A DNA stretch of 64,000 nt from an uncultured delta proteobacterium (GCA_963743525.1 CAVUQH010000002.1:299530-363529); one strand, 5' to 3'; positions 45,678-57,289 are shown, counted from the stretch's first letter. Notes: a model not told the origin generated them from the sequence alone. A program made the numbers and translations.

Positions 45678-46667
45678 ATGAGCACCCTGATCCACCCCGC
45701 TGACGCCCTCTTCGGCGGTGAGAGGCCGTTCCCCGTCATCCCCTCCTGCGAGCACTTTGCCGGGTCGGAAAAGCTGATCGGCAAGGCGTTCGGGTTGCAG
45801 GAAAAGCTCGGTCCCATCTTCGACATCACGATGGACTGCGAGGACGGGGCTCCGGCCGGGCGCGAGAAGGAGCACGCCGAGATGGTCGTGGCGATGCAGA
45901 AGTCGGACGCCAACCAGCACAAGATGGCCGGCATCCGCATCCACGATTACACCCATGCGGCGTGGAAGCAGGATGTCGACATCGTGGTGCCGGGCGCCGG
46001 CGACGTCGCCGCATACATCACCATCCCCAAGCCGACCGCGGCGTCCCAGGTGGCCGAGATGATCGGCTACATCCAGAAGGTCGCCAGGGACGCGGGCATC
46101 ACCCGCGAGATTCCCATCCACGTGCTCATCGAGACCCACGGCGCCCTGCGCGAGTGCGAGACGATCGCCGCCCTGCCCTGGCTGCAGGTGCTCGACTTCG
46201 GCCTGATGGACTTCATCAGCGGCCACCACGGCGCGGTGCCGGCGTCGGCGATGCGCTCGCCGGGCCAGTTCGACCACAAGCTGGTGGCGCGGGCCAAGGC
46301 CAACGTGGTCGCCGCCGCGCTGGCCAACGGCGTCATCCCGGCGCACAACGTCACCCTCGATCTGAAGAACGTCTACCAGACCTACGACGACGCCCGCCGG
46401 GCCAACCAGGAGTTCGGCTTCCTGCGCATGTGGTCGATCTATCCCGCGCAGGTCAAGCCGATCGTCAACGCCATGGCGCCGGACTTCTCCGAGGTCACCA
46501 CCGGCTGCGAGATCCTGCTGGCCGCGCAGCAGGCGAGCTGGGGTCCGATCCAGCACGCCGGCGAGCTGCACGACCGCGCGACCTATCGCTACTACTGGGA
46601 GCTGATCCAGCGCGCCCACCTGTCGGGGCAGTCGCTGCCGGCCGAGGTGCGAGGCTGGCTCAAGTAG
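45678..46667 (+). CDS. HpcH/HpaI aldolase / citrate lyase beta-like protein
   Basis: DCEDGA, IPK, LIETHGAL, DFGLMDF and WSIYPAQ motifs. Confidence 0.88.
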   Translation: MSTLIHPADALFGGERPFPVIPSCEHFAGSEKLIGKAFGLQEKLGPIFDITMDCEDGAPAGREKEHAEMVVAMQKSDANQHKMAGIRIHDYTHAAWKQDVDIVVPGAGDVAAYITIPKPTAASQVAEMIGYIQKVARDAGITREIPIHVLIETHGALRECETIAALPWLQVLDFGLMDFISGHHGAVPASAMRSPGQFDHKLVARAKANVVAAALANGVIPAHNVTLDLKNVYQTYDDARRANQEFGFLRMWSIYPAQVKPIVNAMAPDFSEVTTGCEILLAAQQASWGPIQHAGELHDRATYRYYWELIQRAHLSGQSLPAEVRGWLK

Positions 46668-46670
46668 TCG

Positions 46671-47279
46671 CTAGACGACGCCGGCCTTCTTCTTCATGCT
46701 CTCGAGCAGCTCGGCGTAGCTGGTGCTCTTGACCACTTCGGCGATCTCGCGCGTGTAGCGGGTCACCAGGTCCTCGCGGTTGCGCTCGCGCGCATCCTCG
46801 AGGCTCTTGTACAGCATGATGAACGCCCGCTCGGCGTTGACGAAATACTCGACCACCGCGATGACGGCGCGCGCGGTCGAGGTCGCGATCGACCGCGACG
46901 CGTCGGCGAACGAGAACAGCTTGCCCTCGGAGTTGCGCACCTCGATGACCACCTCGCCCACCGAGTCGGCGCCGCTCGACCGGCTCTTGGTGTCGAGACG
47001 GGCGATGACGTGGAAGTTGGCCAGCTCGATGGTCTCGAGCGACTGGTATTCGATGGCGTAGCGGCCCATGAGCGCGCTCATGAGGGCATCGACCATGCCG
47101 CAGCCCTCGCCTTCGACGGTCTGCTGGTTGCCCTGGGTATCGACCGTGTCGACCCGGACCTTGCTGGTCTCGGTATCGAGCGTCTCCTCGAGGGTCAGCT
47201 TGAGGATGCTGAGCTCCAGATAGTTGTTGCCGAGCACGCGACGGATGAGATCGCTGTTGAGCTGAGGGCGCTTGGTCAC
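46671..47279 (-). CDS. Stand-alone protein resembling the LeuA/CimA allosteric domain
   Basis: EGEGCGMVDALMSAL, LANFHV, GADSVGEVVIEV and ASRSIATSTARA segments. Confidence 0.6.
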   Translation of the reverse strand: MTKRPQLNSDLIRRVLGNNYLELSILKLTLEETLDTETSKVRVDTVDTQGNQQTVEGEGCGMVDALMSALMGRYAIEYQSLETIELANFHVIARLDTKSRSSGADSVGEVVIEVRNSEGKLFSFADASRSIATSTARAVIAVVEYFVNAERAFIMLYKSLEDARERNREDLVTRYTREIAEVVKSTSYAELLESMKKKAGVV

Positions 47280-47347
47280 GTATCGATCATACCTCAGCGC
47301 GCGTGACCGCGCCTCCCCGTCATCCAGCCTCTGCTACCATTCGCGAC

Positions 47348-48440
47348 GTGTCGGTTTCACGCTGCGTCGAGATCCTGGCCGAGCTGATCGGCTTCCCCAC
47401 CCAGAACCCGACGGGCGACGAGGTCGCGCTGTGCGAACGGCTGGCCGTCTTGCTCGACGAGCGCGGCGCCGATCAGTCCGAGGTCGTCGAGGTGCCGCGC
47501 GATGCCGGGCGCTCCGGCTACGTCTACGCGCGATTCGGCGAGCCGCGCCTGCTGGTCAACGTCCACGTCGACACTGTGCCGCCCAACACCGGCTGGAGCC
47601 GCGATCCGCACCGAGCCGAAGTCACTGACGACCGTGTCATCGGACTGGGCTCGGCCGACACCAAGGGCGCCATCGCCTGCGTCCTGCGCGCGCTCGAGGC
47701 CGCCCGGCCGGACGGTGTCGGAGTCCTGTTCAGTGGCGACGAGGAGCTGGGCACCGGCGTCGTGCCGGTCTTCCTCGCCTCCGAGCGCGCCGCCGGCATC
47801 GAGCGGGCGATCGTGTGCGAGCCCACCGGTCGCGCCGCCGGCACCCGCCACCGCGGCGTCGGCGCCTACCGCGCCCGCTACCGCGGCCTCGGCGGACACT
47901 CCTCCGGCGCCGATCACATGCCCAAGCCGGTCGTGACCATGGCCAGGCTGGCGCTCGAGCTCGACGAGATGAGCCGCCGCTGGCTGAGCGAAGGCCCCGA
48001 CGACATGAAGGGCCTGTGCACCAACGTGGCGTCGCTCGACGGCGGTGTGGCGTTCAACGTCGTCCCCGACGCGGCCAGCCTGACCTGGTCGGTGCGGCCC
48101 CCGCCCGGCTTCGACGCGGGCCGCTTCGCCGCCGAGCAGGCCGAGGCGGCACGGCGCGTCGACCCGGCGATCGAGATCGAGCAGGTGCTCGACCACCTGC
48201 CGTTCCAGACCCGCGACGTCGAGCCGTTCCGCGCCCTCCTGGGCGACCGGGTCAGCGGCTTCACCGGGCTGCAGTTCTGGACCGAGGCCGCGGTGCTGTC
48301 GCAGGCCGGCATCGACGCCGTGGTGCTGGGCCCCGGATCGAATCGAGCAAGCACACACTGCCGACGAGTGGGTCTCCCTCGACGACCTGGCCTGGGCCGA
48401 GGAGCTGTTCACCCACGTGTTCGCGAGCACCCGCGCATGA
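47348..48440 (+). CDS. argE: Acetylornithine deacetylase (M20 family); frameshift near 48340
   Basis: HVDTVP, GSADTKG, DEE and CEPT motifs; C-terminal IEQAHTADEWV in a shifted frame ending at TGA 48440. Confidence 0.85.
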
Positions 48441-49563
48441 AACCGGACGAGGTCGTCCTCCGCTTCCTCGAGAGCACCGCGCGCCCGGCGGAGGCGGCGC
48501 AGTACCTGTCGCTGTTTCGCGCCGAGCGGCCGGAGAGCTTCGCCACCCTGGCGGTCTCCGACACCGTCATGCGCGAGGACGGCGGCGCCCTGGTCACCGA
48601 CCTGCGCTACCTGTCGCGCCTCGGACTGACCCCGGTGGTGGTGCTCGGCCTGCTGTCGCCCGCCTGCGCCGAGGCCGACGCCGAGCGCCTGCGCGATCGC
48701 CTGGCCGGCGACGTCGGCGTCGACGTGGTGGCGCCGGAACGCGCGCAAGAGATGGCCCGCGCCGGTCGAATTCCCATCGTGCCGCTGGCCGCACCGGCCG
48801 ACACGGACGCCCGCTGGGCGGTGTTCGGCGACATGGTCGACGCGCTGGCGGCGCGCAAGGTGATCTTCGTCGGCCGCCACCCGGGGCTGGTGCCCGAAGG
48901 ACGTCGGCCGCCGTCGATCGTCAACATCACCACCGAGCTCGATGCGCTACTGGTGCCCGGCGTGCTGCCGCCCGGACAGACCGCGCTGCTGGCGCAGGCG
49001 GCGAAGCTACTCGAGCGGGGCACGCGCCGGCGAACCGCGTCGGTGACCTCGCCACTGGAGCTCCTGCGCGAGCTGTTCACCGAGCGCGGCGCCGGAACTC
49101 TGTTGCGACTGGGCTCGCGCGTGCACCGCTTCGCCGCCTACGCCGACGTCGACCGCGAGCGACTGGTCGCGCTGGTCGAAGGCGCTTTCGACCGCCGACT
49201 GCTGCCCGGCTTCTTCGACCGCGCGCCCGACGCGATCTACCTCGCCGACGACTACCGCGGCGCCGCCATCATCGAGCAGACACCGCTGGGCGGCTATCTG
49301 AGCAAGTTCGCCGTCGGTCTGGCGGCCCGCGGCGAGGGCGTGGCCCGCGACCTGTGGCGGGTGATGGAGGCCGACTACCCGCGGCTGTTCTGGCGCTCGC
49401 GAACCGACAACCCGATCGCCAGCTGGTACGCCCAGCACTGCGACGGCCTCCAGCGGGGCCCCGACTGGTGCGTCTTCTGGCGAGGCGTTGACACCGACGA
49501 GATCCCGCAGATCGTGGCCCACGCCCGGGCCGCGCAGGTCGATCTCGGCCCACTCCCGTGTAG
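48437..49563 (+). CDS. N-acetylglutamate synthase/kinase-type protein (AAK-like domain plus DUF619/NAT domain); 3' end uncertain
   Basis: RELFTERGAGTL, YLSKFAV..RGEG, LFWRSRTDNPIASWY; the open frame runs on to 49735 over the opposite-strand gene. Confidence 0.8.
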
Positions 49564-49604
49564 GTGGCCCTGGGGGCTAGACCCCCACCTGAGGACAGCT
49601 CTCC

Positions 49605-50208
49605 CTACTCGTCGTCGGGGGTATCGCCCGGCATCCCCTGGGTGCGCTTCTTCAGATCGAGGATCGACATGGACGCCTCCATGTCAGTGTCCAGGTCCGG
49701 GGCGTCGTCCTCGTGCCAGGTCAGGTTCTGCATGACCCGGATGACGCACTGCTCCATGGTGGGGTTGTTCCACTCGCTGGAGACAAAGGTCACATCCGAG
49801 GTGGTGGCCGTCCCGTTGTGGACGTGGAGCTTGTAGTTGATGTGGACCCGCTCGAACTTGCCTGGCTCGCCGTGGTAGCAGTCCGAGGCCGCCTTCATGA
49901 CGTGCTGCGGGACATCCCCGCCAACGAACAGCGACTCGCGGTGAACCTGCTGTGCGTGAGCCAGGCGCTCCTCCTCCGTCATGTTGGCGACGTTCCGGAG
50001 TGGCTGGCTCGGTGGCTGCCGGGGAATGCCTGGGCAGCGGAACCCGCGGACCCGGCACCGGATGGGGTGCCGCCGGCTGCGCGGACGCAGCCGGGGCTAC
50101 CGCCCTCGGTGTGTCAGGTGTAGGTGGATCGGAGTTGATCTCCCACAACAACGCCACGATGGCGATGGCGACTCCGGCTCCCAGCGCGACGAGGGCCCAG
50201 CGGGTCAT
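49605..50208 (-). CDS. Membrane-anchored protein with AgmX/PglI (TonB-C-like) C-terminal domain; frameshift near 49995
   Basis: TM helix, Pro-rich linker, DCY...SSEWNNPTMEQCVIRVM. Confidence 0.6.
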
Positions 50209-50434
50209 CTCCAGCTCCCGTGATACCGGGGTGCGCCGCCCCAGGCAAGGGGACAGTTCCGCCGAGGTCACACGATTGCACGCCTATTACAAGGTGATGT
50301 CATCAAACACGGGGTAACCCCGTCTTCTGACAGGCTGCTCCCCACGGGTGACCTCGGGTCCCCCCTCCCCATGTGGGACTCTGTCCCCCCACAGATCTCG
50401 GCTGTAACAGCCCTGAAATACAGCATAGGCCCTC

Positions 50435-50450
50435 CGGCACACCCGTTGCA
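50435..50450 (+). promoter_or_regulatory. sigma54 -24/-12 promoter candidate
   Basis: CGGCACACCCGTTGCA with GG-N10-GC spacing, 72 nt before ATG 50523. Confidence 0.6.
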
Positions 50451-50522
50451 CAAAGAACCCTCGTCACTGCACCAGCTCACTCTCCCCACCCATCGCCGGG
50501 TTCCACAGGAGGCAAGGGAAAC

Positions 50523-52316
50523 ATGACCCCCAATCTTCGCAGCATGATGCTCTCGGGTATCGCCCTGCTGCTCGCCGTTCCGGCGGCGCAAGCAGCAAGC
50601 ACTCACTCGGACGTCCAGACTCTCCTCATTCGGAACGGCGAGAACGCCGGTATCACCCGGCGCGGATCCGACGGTCGCGACCGTCCGCTTCAGGATGCCT
50701 ACCCGGGCTCCGAGCACTCGGCGCTGATGCAGCGCGACGACGGCACCATCATGATCTTCACGATGGCGACCTACGAGATCAACGGCCAGCTGCCCAACCA
50801 TCGCATGCAGATGCTGTGTGCCGAGATCAACTTCGACTCGATGGCCGGCCCGCAGGTTTCGACCCTCAAGTACGTCACCAACCTCAACGGCAACCGCTAC
50901 CGTAACGCGAACCACATCCGCGTGACCAAGGTCTTCGGCATGCCGCTGGTGACCTTCAACTACGCGCCTGACAATCGCGCTCGTGCCTACCAGCAGGTGT
51001 TCGGCCCCGGCTGCACCCCGCTGTCGGACATGACCGAAATCATGCGCAGGAACAACGACGACTGCTCGGAGACCGACGCCGAGTCAGGCCGAAATCATCG
51101 TCAAGCAGGACGGCGACACCGCGTACCTGGCCTCGGTCCACGGCTGCAACGGCAACGGCACGCGACGATGCGTGGATGGCCGGCACCTCGGTCACCAAGC
51201 TGGCCGACGGCACCTTCAACATCAAGAAGATGTGGGCGCTCTCAATCGAGCCCAAGGAAGAGCGCATCGCGCCTGAAGATCATCCCGACGACGATCGCGA
51301 ACATGGTCGTCGCGTGCGGTACCGCGGGCAACACCCAGCCGCCCAACAAGGGCGTCCGCTGCTACGGCGTCAACTACGACACCAACGGCGAGCAGGGCGA
51401 GAACGCCAACTCGCGCCTGATGTGGCGCCAGTACATCGCCGAGCGCGATGGCGAGACCTACTACACCAACATGCGCGCCGCTCCGATCCTCGACTCGACC
51501 GGCGCCCCGACCAACATGGCGATCGCCGACTACCAGATGCTGACCCAGCGCCGCCGCCGCGGTAAGGGCACCGCGCAGCTCAAGGCTGTCGCCCTCACCT
51601 TCAAGGCCGACGGCGTGGACGTCATGAACGTCGCGCAGGACAACCTGTTCCCGGCCTCGGACGCCACCCACGCGTCGATCTGCCAGACCCAGTACGGCAC
51701 CACCGGCCAGGAGCAGTCGGTCGCGATGCTCATCTCGAGCTCGGTCAACGGCGCGACTGGCGCGTTCGGCACCGGCGAGTTCGTCAAGTACGACCCGACG
51801 ACCCGCATGATCAACCCGATCCAGAAGGTCGGTCTCAAGGCCGCCATCGACAACGCCTGGCTGCCCAACATCTACGGCGGCAACCCCAACACCCAGGGCC
51901 GTAACTTCGTCAGCTGCTTCAGCGGCATCAAGAACCCGGGCTACCACGTGACCGGCGGCTACATGAGCGACGTCAAGAACTTCGTCGCCGTCCCGGCCAA
52001 CACCCGCCGCATGCGCGAAGGCGCCACCATCGCCGAGGACAAGCTTGCCCTCGAGCTGGTGCTGGTCCCGACCGTCATCGACGAGCCGGCCTCGACCGAC
52101 CCGACCGACCCGGGCACCACGGATCCCACCGATCCGAACAACAACCCCGACAACCCCACCACCCCGACCGACCCGACCAATCCGACCGACCCCGGCAACA
52201 ACAGCGGTAGCGGCGTCGGCGGCGTCGGCGGTTGCAGCACGGGCGCCTCGGGTGGCGCTGGCTCGCTGGCCTTCCTCGGCCTCGCGCTCCTTGCCATCCG
52301 TCGTCGTCGCAACTAA
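50523..52316 (+). CDS. Secreted MYXO-CTERM surface protein (compensating frameshifts at 51085-51270)
   Basis: Signal peptide; DPT-rich linker; C-terminal GGCSTG..LAFLGLALLAIRRRRN. Confidence 0.85.
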   Translation: MTPNLRSMMLSGIALLLAVPAAQAASTHSDVQTLLIRNGENAGITRRGSDGRDRPLQDAYPGSEHSALMQRDDGTIMIFTMATYEINGQLPNHRMQMLCAEINFDSMAGPQVSTLKYVTNLNGNRYRNANHIRVTKVFGMPLVTFNYAPDNRARAYQQVFGPGCTPLSDMTEIMRRNNDDCSETDAESGRNHRQAGRRHRVPGLGPRLQRQRHATMRGWPAPRSPSWPTAPSTSRRCGRSQSSPRKSASRLKIIPTTIANMVVACGTAGNTQPPNKGVRCYGVNYDTNGEQGENANSRLMWRQYIAERDGETYYTNMRAAPILDSTGAPTNMAIADYQMLTQRRRRGKGTAQLKAVALTFKADGVDVMNVAQDNLFPASDATHASICQTQYGTTGQEQSVAMLISSSVNGATGAFGTGEFVKYDPTTRMINPIQKVGLKAAIDNAWLPNIYGGNPNTQGRNFVSCFSGIKNPGYHVTGGYMSDVKNFVAVPANTRRMREGATIAEDKLALELVLVPTVIDEPASTDPTDPGTTDPTDPNNNPDNPTTPTDPTNPTDPGNNSGSGVGGVGGCSTGASGGAGSLAFLGLALLAIRRRRN

Positions 52317-52355
52317 CCCTCCCCCAACCATCCCGAACTACGGAGACCACCGACC

Positions 52356-53267
52356 ATGAAGAAGCAGAATCTAATCGCTGTCCTCGCGGCGATGATGCTG
52401 GCGGCCTCCACGGGGTGCATTGGTGGACTGGACTCGGTCAATCCCCCTGGGACCCCGGACCCGACCCCGGATCCGAATCCCAACCCGAACCCGAATCCCG
52501 ACCCCCAACCGACTGCTGCTCAGCAGCTGTTCGACACCAACGTGAAGCCTCTTCTCACCAGCTGCGGCGACGCAGCGTGCCACGGCGGCACCGGGACTTA
52601 TCCCCTTAAGTTTCTCGGTACCGACGCCACCACCTGGTACGACACCATCACGGCAGAGCAGTCTTTGACCGGCGGATTCGAGCCCACGCTCGCCTCCCTG
52701 ATCATCAAGCTGTCCGAGCCGCACCACGACCTCCCGGCGTGGACCGACACCCAGTCGGCCGCGATCACCGAGTGGCTCCTGCAAGAGCGTGTTGACCGCA
52801 ACCTCGACCCGATCGACCCCGGCACCGGAGATCCTCCGCCGCCGACGGACTCGGTCGCCGCCCTGGCCGCCTGGTCGGGCTGCATGACCAAGTCCAACTG
52901 GGACAACGCCCAGATGGGCGAGTGGGCGAACAAGCGGACCAACAACGGCGAGCAGTGCTCTCAGTGCCACGATCAGGGTGCGTACCGCTTCAACACCAAC
53001 AACGACAACGACACCATGTTCCAGATGAACCAGTACCAGCTGTTCATCATCAGCTTCTTCACTGTGGAGACGGAGCTGGACGGAACCGTCAAGGTCATCC
53101 CGGCGATGGACAAGATCATGCGTATGGGCAACGGCTCGACCCTGCACCAGCGCTTCAACGTCGATCCCAATGACCAGTACTTCCAGTACCTGCAGAACTT
53201 CTACGACCTGACGAACGCCACCATGGCGGCAGGTCAGTGCGGCCCCGCACAGTTCCCGCAGCCCTAG
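52356..53267 (+). CDS. Putative diheme cytochrome c lipoprotein, paralogue 1
   Basis: Lipobox STGC; CGDAACH (CX4CH) and CSQCH. Confidence 0.75.
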   Translation: MKKQNLIAVLAAMMLAASTGCIGGLDSVNPPGTPDPTPDPNPNPNPNPDPQPTAAQQLFDTNVKPLLTSCGDAACHGGTGTYPLKFLGTDATTWYDTITAEQSLTGGFEPTLASLIIKLSEPHHDLPAWTDTQSAAITEWLLQERVDRNLDPIDPGTGDPPPPTDSVAALAAWSGCMTKSNWDNAQMGEWANKRTNNGEQCSQCHDQGAYRFNTNNDNDTMFQMNQYQLFIISFFTVETELDGTVKVIPAMDKIMRMGNGSTLHQRFNVDPNDQYFQYLQNFYDLTNATMAAGQCGPAQFPQP

Positions 53268-53278
53268 AAGTAACCCCA

Positions 53279-53308
53279 CTCGCCGCGGCCACGGTCGCGG
53301 CGAGTTTT
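53279..53308 (+). terminator. Intergenic hairpin with T-tract
   Basis: CTCGCCGCGGCC-AC-GGTCGCGGCGAG-TTTT. Confidence 0.55.
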
Positions 53309-53387
53309 CCCTTCCCTCCCCCTCAGTCCCGCCGCCTCCGGGCGGCGGGACCCCTGCCGGCCCCCCGAGAACAGCACCACCACCACC

Positions 53388-54248
53388 ATGAAAACGCGCA
53401 GCCTCATCGCAGTACTCGGCACGTTCCTTCTGGCGGCTTCGGCCGGTTGCTCCGGCATCCTCGATCCCGGCAGCGACCCCGGCATCACCCCGCCGGGCGG
53501 CCCCGACGCCGGCACCGGCGGCGGCGGCAGCGCTGCCAAACAGCTGTTCGAGACCAACGTCAAGCCACTCCTCAGCAACTGCAACGACGCCGCCTGTCAC
53601 GCCGGCCCGGGCACCTACCCGCCCAAGTTCCTCGGCACCGGTGGCGACACCACCTGGTACGACTCGGTCGTCGCTACCCCCGAGGTCACCGGCAACTTCG
53701 ACCCCTCGCTGGCCAGCCTGATCTCGCATCTGGCGACCACTCACGAGGGCAACCCGCCCTGGACCGCCGCGCAGAAGACCGACATCACCAACTGGATGCT
53801 GGCCGAGCGCGACGAGCGCGGCCTCGACGATCCCAACAACACGCCCCCCGGCGATCCGCTTGCCGAGTGGTCGGGTTGCATGACGCTCGACAACTGGAAC
53901 GCCGCCGGAATGGGCGACTGGGCGCAGAAGCCCGCCGAGGGCGGCACCGTCTGCTCCTCGTGCCACGGCGCGGGCCTCAAGCAGTTCGACACGAACACCG
54001 ACAGTGACACCATGTTCGCGCGCAACCGCTACGAGGTCTTCATCACCGGCTTCTTCACCGTGAGCAACGGTCAGGTCATGCCGGCCTACGACAAGATCAC
54101 CACGAAGTCGAACGGCGACAACAACCACCCGACCTTCCAGTCGGGCACCGCCGACCCGTACTACCAGAAGCTGCAGAACTTCTACGACCTCACCATGGCT
54201 GCGAAGAACGCCGGAACCTGTGGACCGGCGGAGTTCCCGGCTCCGTAG
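53388..54248 (+). CDS. Putative diheme cytochrome c lipoprotein, paralogue 2
   Basis: Lipobox SAGC; CNDAACH and CSSCH; collinear with paralogue 1. Confidence 0.75.
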   Translation: MKTRSLIAVLGTFLLAASAGCSGILDPGSDPGITPPGGPDAGTGGGGSAAKQLFETNVKPLLSNCNDAACHAGPGTYPPKFLGTGGDTTWYDSVVATPEVTGNFDPSLASLISHLATTHEGNPPWTAAQKTDITNWMLAERDERGLDDPNNTPPGDPLAEWSGCMTLDNWNAAGMGDWAQKPAEGGTVCSSCHGAGLKQFDTNTDSDTMFARNRYEVFITGFFTVSNGQVMPAYDKITTKSNGDNNHPTFQSGTADPYYQKLQNFYDLTMAAKNAGTCGPAEFPAP

Positions 54249-54273
54249 AAGTCCCCGAGACTCGACTCTCTTC

Positions 54274-54313
54274 GACGGCGCTGCTTTCCCCCGCAGCGCC
54301 GTCTCTTCATTTT
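54274..54313 (+). terminator. Probable intrinsic terminator
   Basis: GACGGCGCTGC...GCAGCGCCGTC followed by TCTTCATTTT. Confidence 0.55.
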
Positions 54314-54318
54314 CGGCT

Positions 54319-57289
54319 ATGAAGGTCCCGACAATGGAAGTACCCGAGAAGAAGACAGCTCCCGACGAGACTCTGACTCTCCCCGAAGAGACCTCCACCA
54401 GCGAGCCCGCCCCACTCCCTCAAGGCGACCGAAGCCGCTACGTGCTGCTGCACGAACACGCGCGCGGAGGCCTCGGCCGTGTGCTCCTCGCCCGAGACCA
54501 GGCGCTGGATCGACAGGTCGCGGTCAAGATCTCGATCTCGGACAGCCCGCGGGCGCAGGCTCGGTTCGCCCAGGAGGCCCGTATCACGGCGCGCCTCCAG
54601 CATCCCGGCATCGTGCCCGTCCACGACGCGGGCATCTGGTCGAACGGTCAGCCGTACTGCGCGATGAAGTTCATCGCCGGGCGCTCGCTCCGCGATCTGC
54701 TCCGCGAGCTCCATGACGACTTCGAGGGACGCCTGGCTCTCTTGCCGAAGATCGCAGCGGTCGCGGAGGCCCTGGCCTATGCCCATGACCAGGGGATCGT
54801 TCATCGCGACATCAAGCCTTCCAACATCATGGTCGGCGACTTCGGCGAAACCATCATCGTCGACTGGGGCATCGCCGTCGACCTGTCCGAGCGCGCAGGA
54901 ACGACCAGCGGACCGAGACTGGGCTCTGCCGCTGGCACGCCGAGGCTACATGGCGCCGGAGCAAGAGCGTGGTGAGCCGGTCGACGCTCGCGCCGACGTC
55001 TTTGCCCTCGGCGTCGTCCTCTACGAGACGCTGAGCGGCCGGAAGCCGGCCCAGCTCGGCAAACCGTCAACGTCCGCGATGTCGAGCCGCGAATTCCCCG
55101 CGAGCTCGAGGCGATCATCGGCAAGGCCACGGCCGAGGCCCGGCCAACGCTATCCGACGCGGGCGAGCTCGACGCGACCTCCGCGCCTACCTCGATGGCC
55201 AGCTGGTCCGCGCGCATCGCTACAGCTGGCGCCAGCGTGTTCGCAGACGCGCCCGTAAGCACAGCGCTTGTCGGCGCTTGATCCTGGCGTGCCGGCACCA
55301 GTCATCGGTGTGCTCCGCGCGAGCGCGGCCGAATGTGAGTCTCCGACGAGCTCGCGGGCGTCGGGATACGACCTGGTCCCACTTCTCGTTGTGGGGCTGG
55401 CCGTGGTGGCGCTGCTGGGAATCCACCGCGCGGGCAATGCAGGACCAAACTGTGAGGTTCCCGATTCCGAGATGGCGAATGTCTGGGACGCGGGGACCCG
55501 AGCTCGGCTCGAGACCGCTCTTGCAGGGCTGTCCCCGCCCGATGGTCAGCAGGCGTTCACGCGAATCGCCCGCGAGCTGGATCGCAAGCGTGGCCAGTGG
55601 ATGGAGATGCGCGCGGGCCGTTTGCGAAGCAAGCCACGTCCGTGGCACGGAGCCGAACGGGTCTTCGTTCGGCGGATGGAATGCCTGGATCGCCGCCGGG
55701 GCGAGATGGCGGCACTGACCGCCGTTTGGTCGCGCCGGCGCCCGACACGCGACCGGCAGAACTGATCTCTGCCGTACTTCGCCTTCCCTCGATCTCCGCA
55801 TGCGCAGACACCGCGTCGCTCCAGGCCACGTCTCCGCCGCCCGAGGATCCTCAGCTTCGCCAGCGTGTCCATGAATTCTGCGCGCGAAGCTGGACGATGC
55901 AAAGACCCTGAGCGCGCTGGCGCGCGACAAGGAGGCGATGGCCGCCGATCCGACGCGCTCTGAAACCGGTACGCGAGCTCGGACTACCCCCCGCTGCTGG
56001 CGGACTTGCTGCGAACCTACGGTTCGTCCTGGAGACCTGCGGCCGACCAGCAGGGCGCGCACGATGCCTGGCAGGAGGCGGCACTCGAGGCGGCACGCGG
56101 CGGCAACCCGATTATCGGTCGCCCAGATCCAGACGCAACTGCTCATATTCGTCGTTGACGAGCTCCGAGAGCCGAAGCTAGCGGCGGCGATTCAGCCGCT
56201 CGCGGCGGCCAGCGCCGCCCTGGTGCCAAATGACGTGAGAACGCAGGCAAATTGGCATCAGGCACTTGGGCGTGGTCGCCTGGCGCAAACACGACTACGA
56301 GCAAGCGATCTCCGAGTACAAGACCGCCCTGTCCATGGTCAACAGCTCAAGGATCCCAGTGTCACGATGACGTGGCTTCCCTGCTCAACGATCTAGGCAT
56401 GTCCTACCGCGGCAACGGCGACTCGACGAGGCGGAACATGCCTACCAGCGCGCGCTGCAGATGTACACAGACACTACGGTGCCAAGCACCCCAACGTTCT
56501 GTTCGTGCTCAACAACCTGGGAATCCTCGAGGAGAGCCGCGGCCACTACGACAGGGCGCTCGCCTACTACCAGAAGGCGCTCGCTCAAGCGGGCCGTTCT
56601 CGGCGAGAACCATCCGAGCGTGCGCATATACCCTGTCGAGCATCGGGGTTGTGTACGAAAAAACCGGCGACGCCGAGAACGGATACCGCTACCTGAAGCA
56701 GCCCTGGACATTCGCATCAAAGCCTACGGGGAAGACCACCCCAGGGTCGCCGCGGATCTCGACAACCTGGGGACAGCACTGATGGTCAAGAACGACATCG
56801 CGGGGGCGAGAGAGATGTTCCAGCGCTCCTACGATCTCCACCGCAAACACACAGAGGCGAACGACATTCGCCTCGCGAGTTCGCTGAACAATCTCGGGCT
56901 CGCTGACCGCGGCCTTGGCCAACTACGGCGCGGCGATCCGCGAGTGCCGCAAGGCGCTCGACATACGCCTGCGGGTGCTGAAACCGACGGCGCACGAAGT
57001 TGCGCAGACACGTCTATGCCTGGGCCGCGCACAGATGGAATCCGGTGGCGCGCACGCGGCTGTCGAGCAGCTGTCCCTCGGTCTCAAGGCATACGAAAAG
57101 ACCGAGCACGATCCCGGCACAGTTGAATCGAGCGCGATTCGATCTCGCGCGCGCGATCCTCAAGTCGGGAGGCTCCCGCGACAAGGCGCTCGAGCTCGCA
57201 CACCAGGCGCGCAAGGCGATTGTCGCCGCCGACGACAGCTCCGAGCTCGTCGGCGACATCGATGCCTGGTTGAAGAAGCATGCGCGCTG
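54319..57289 (+). pseudogene. Ser/Thr kinase + TM + TPR protein, heavily frameshifted
   Basis: [20 protein letters not shown] and YMAPEQ, plus TPRs (LNNLG, GEDHP) scattered across frames. Confidence 0.75.

Noticed and set aside
47303..49735. 810-aa ArgE-NAGS fusion
   Set aside because: The ArgE C-terminus lies in another frame and ends at an ATGA overlap (48437-48440), so one indel creates the apparent fusion.
51085..51270. Programmed frameshifting in the MYXO-CTERM gene and others
   Set aside because: There are no slippery sequences; three single-base insertions that restore the frame fit sequencing error better.
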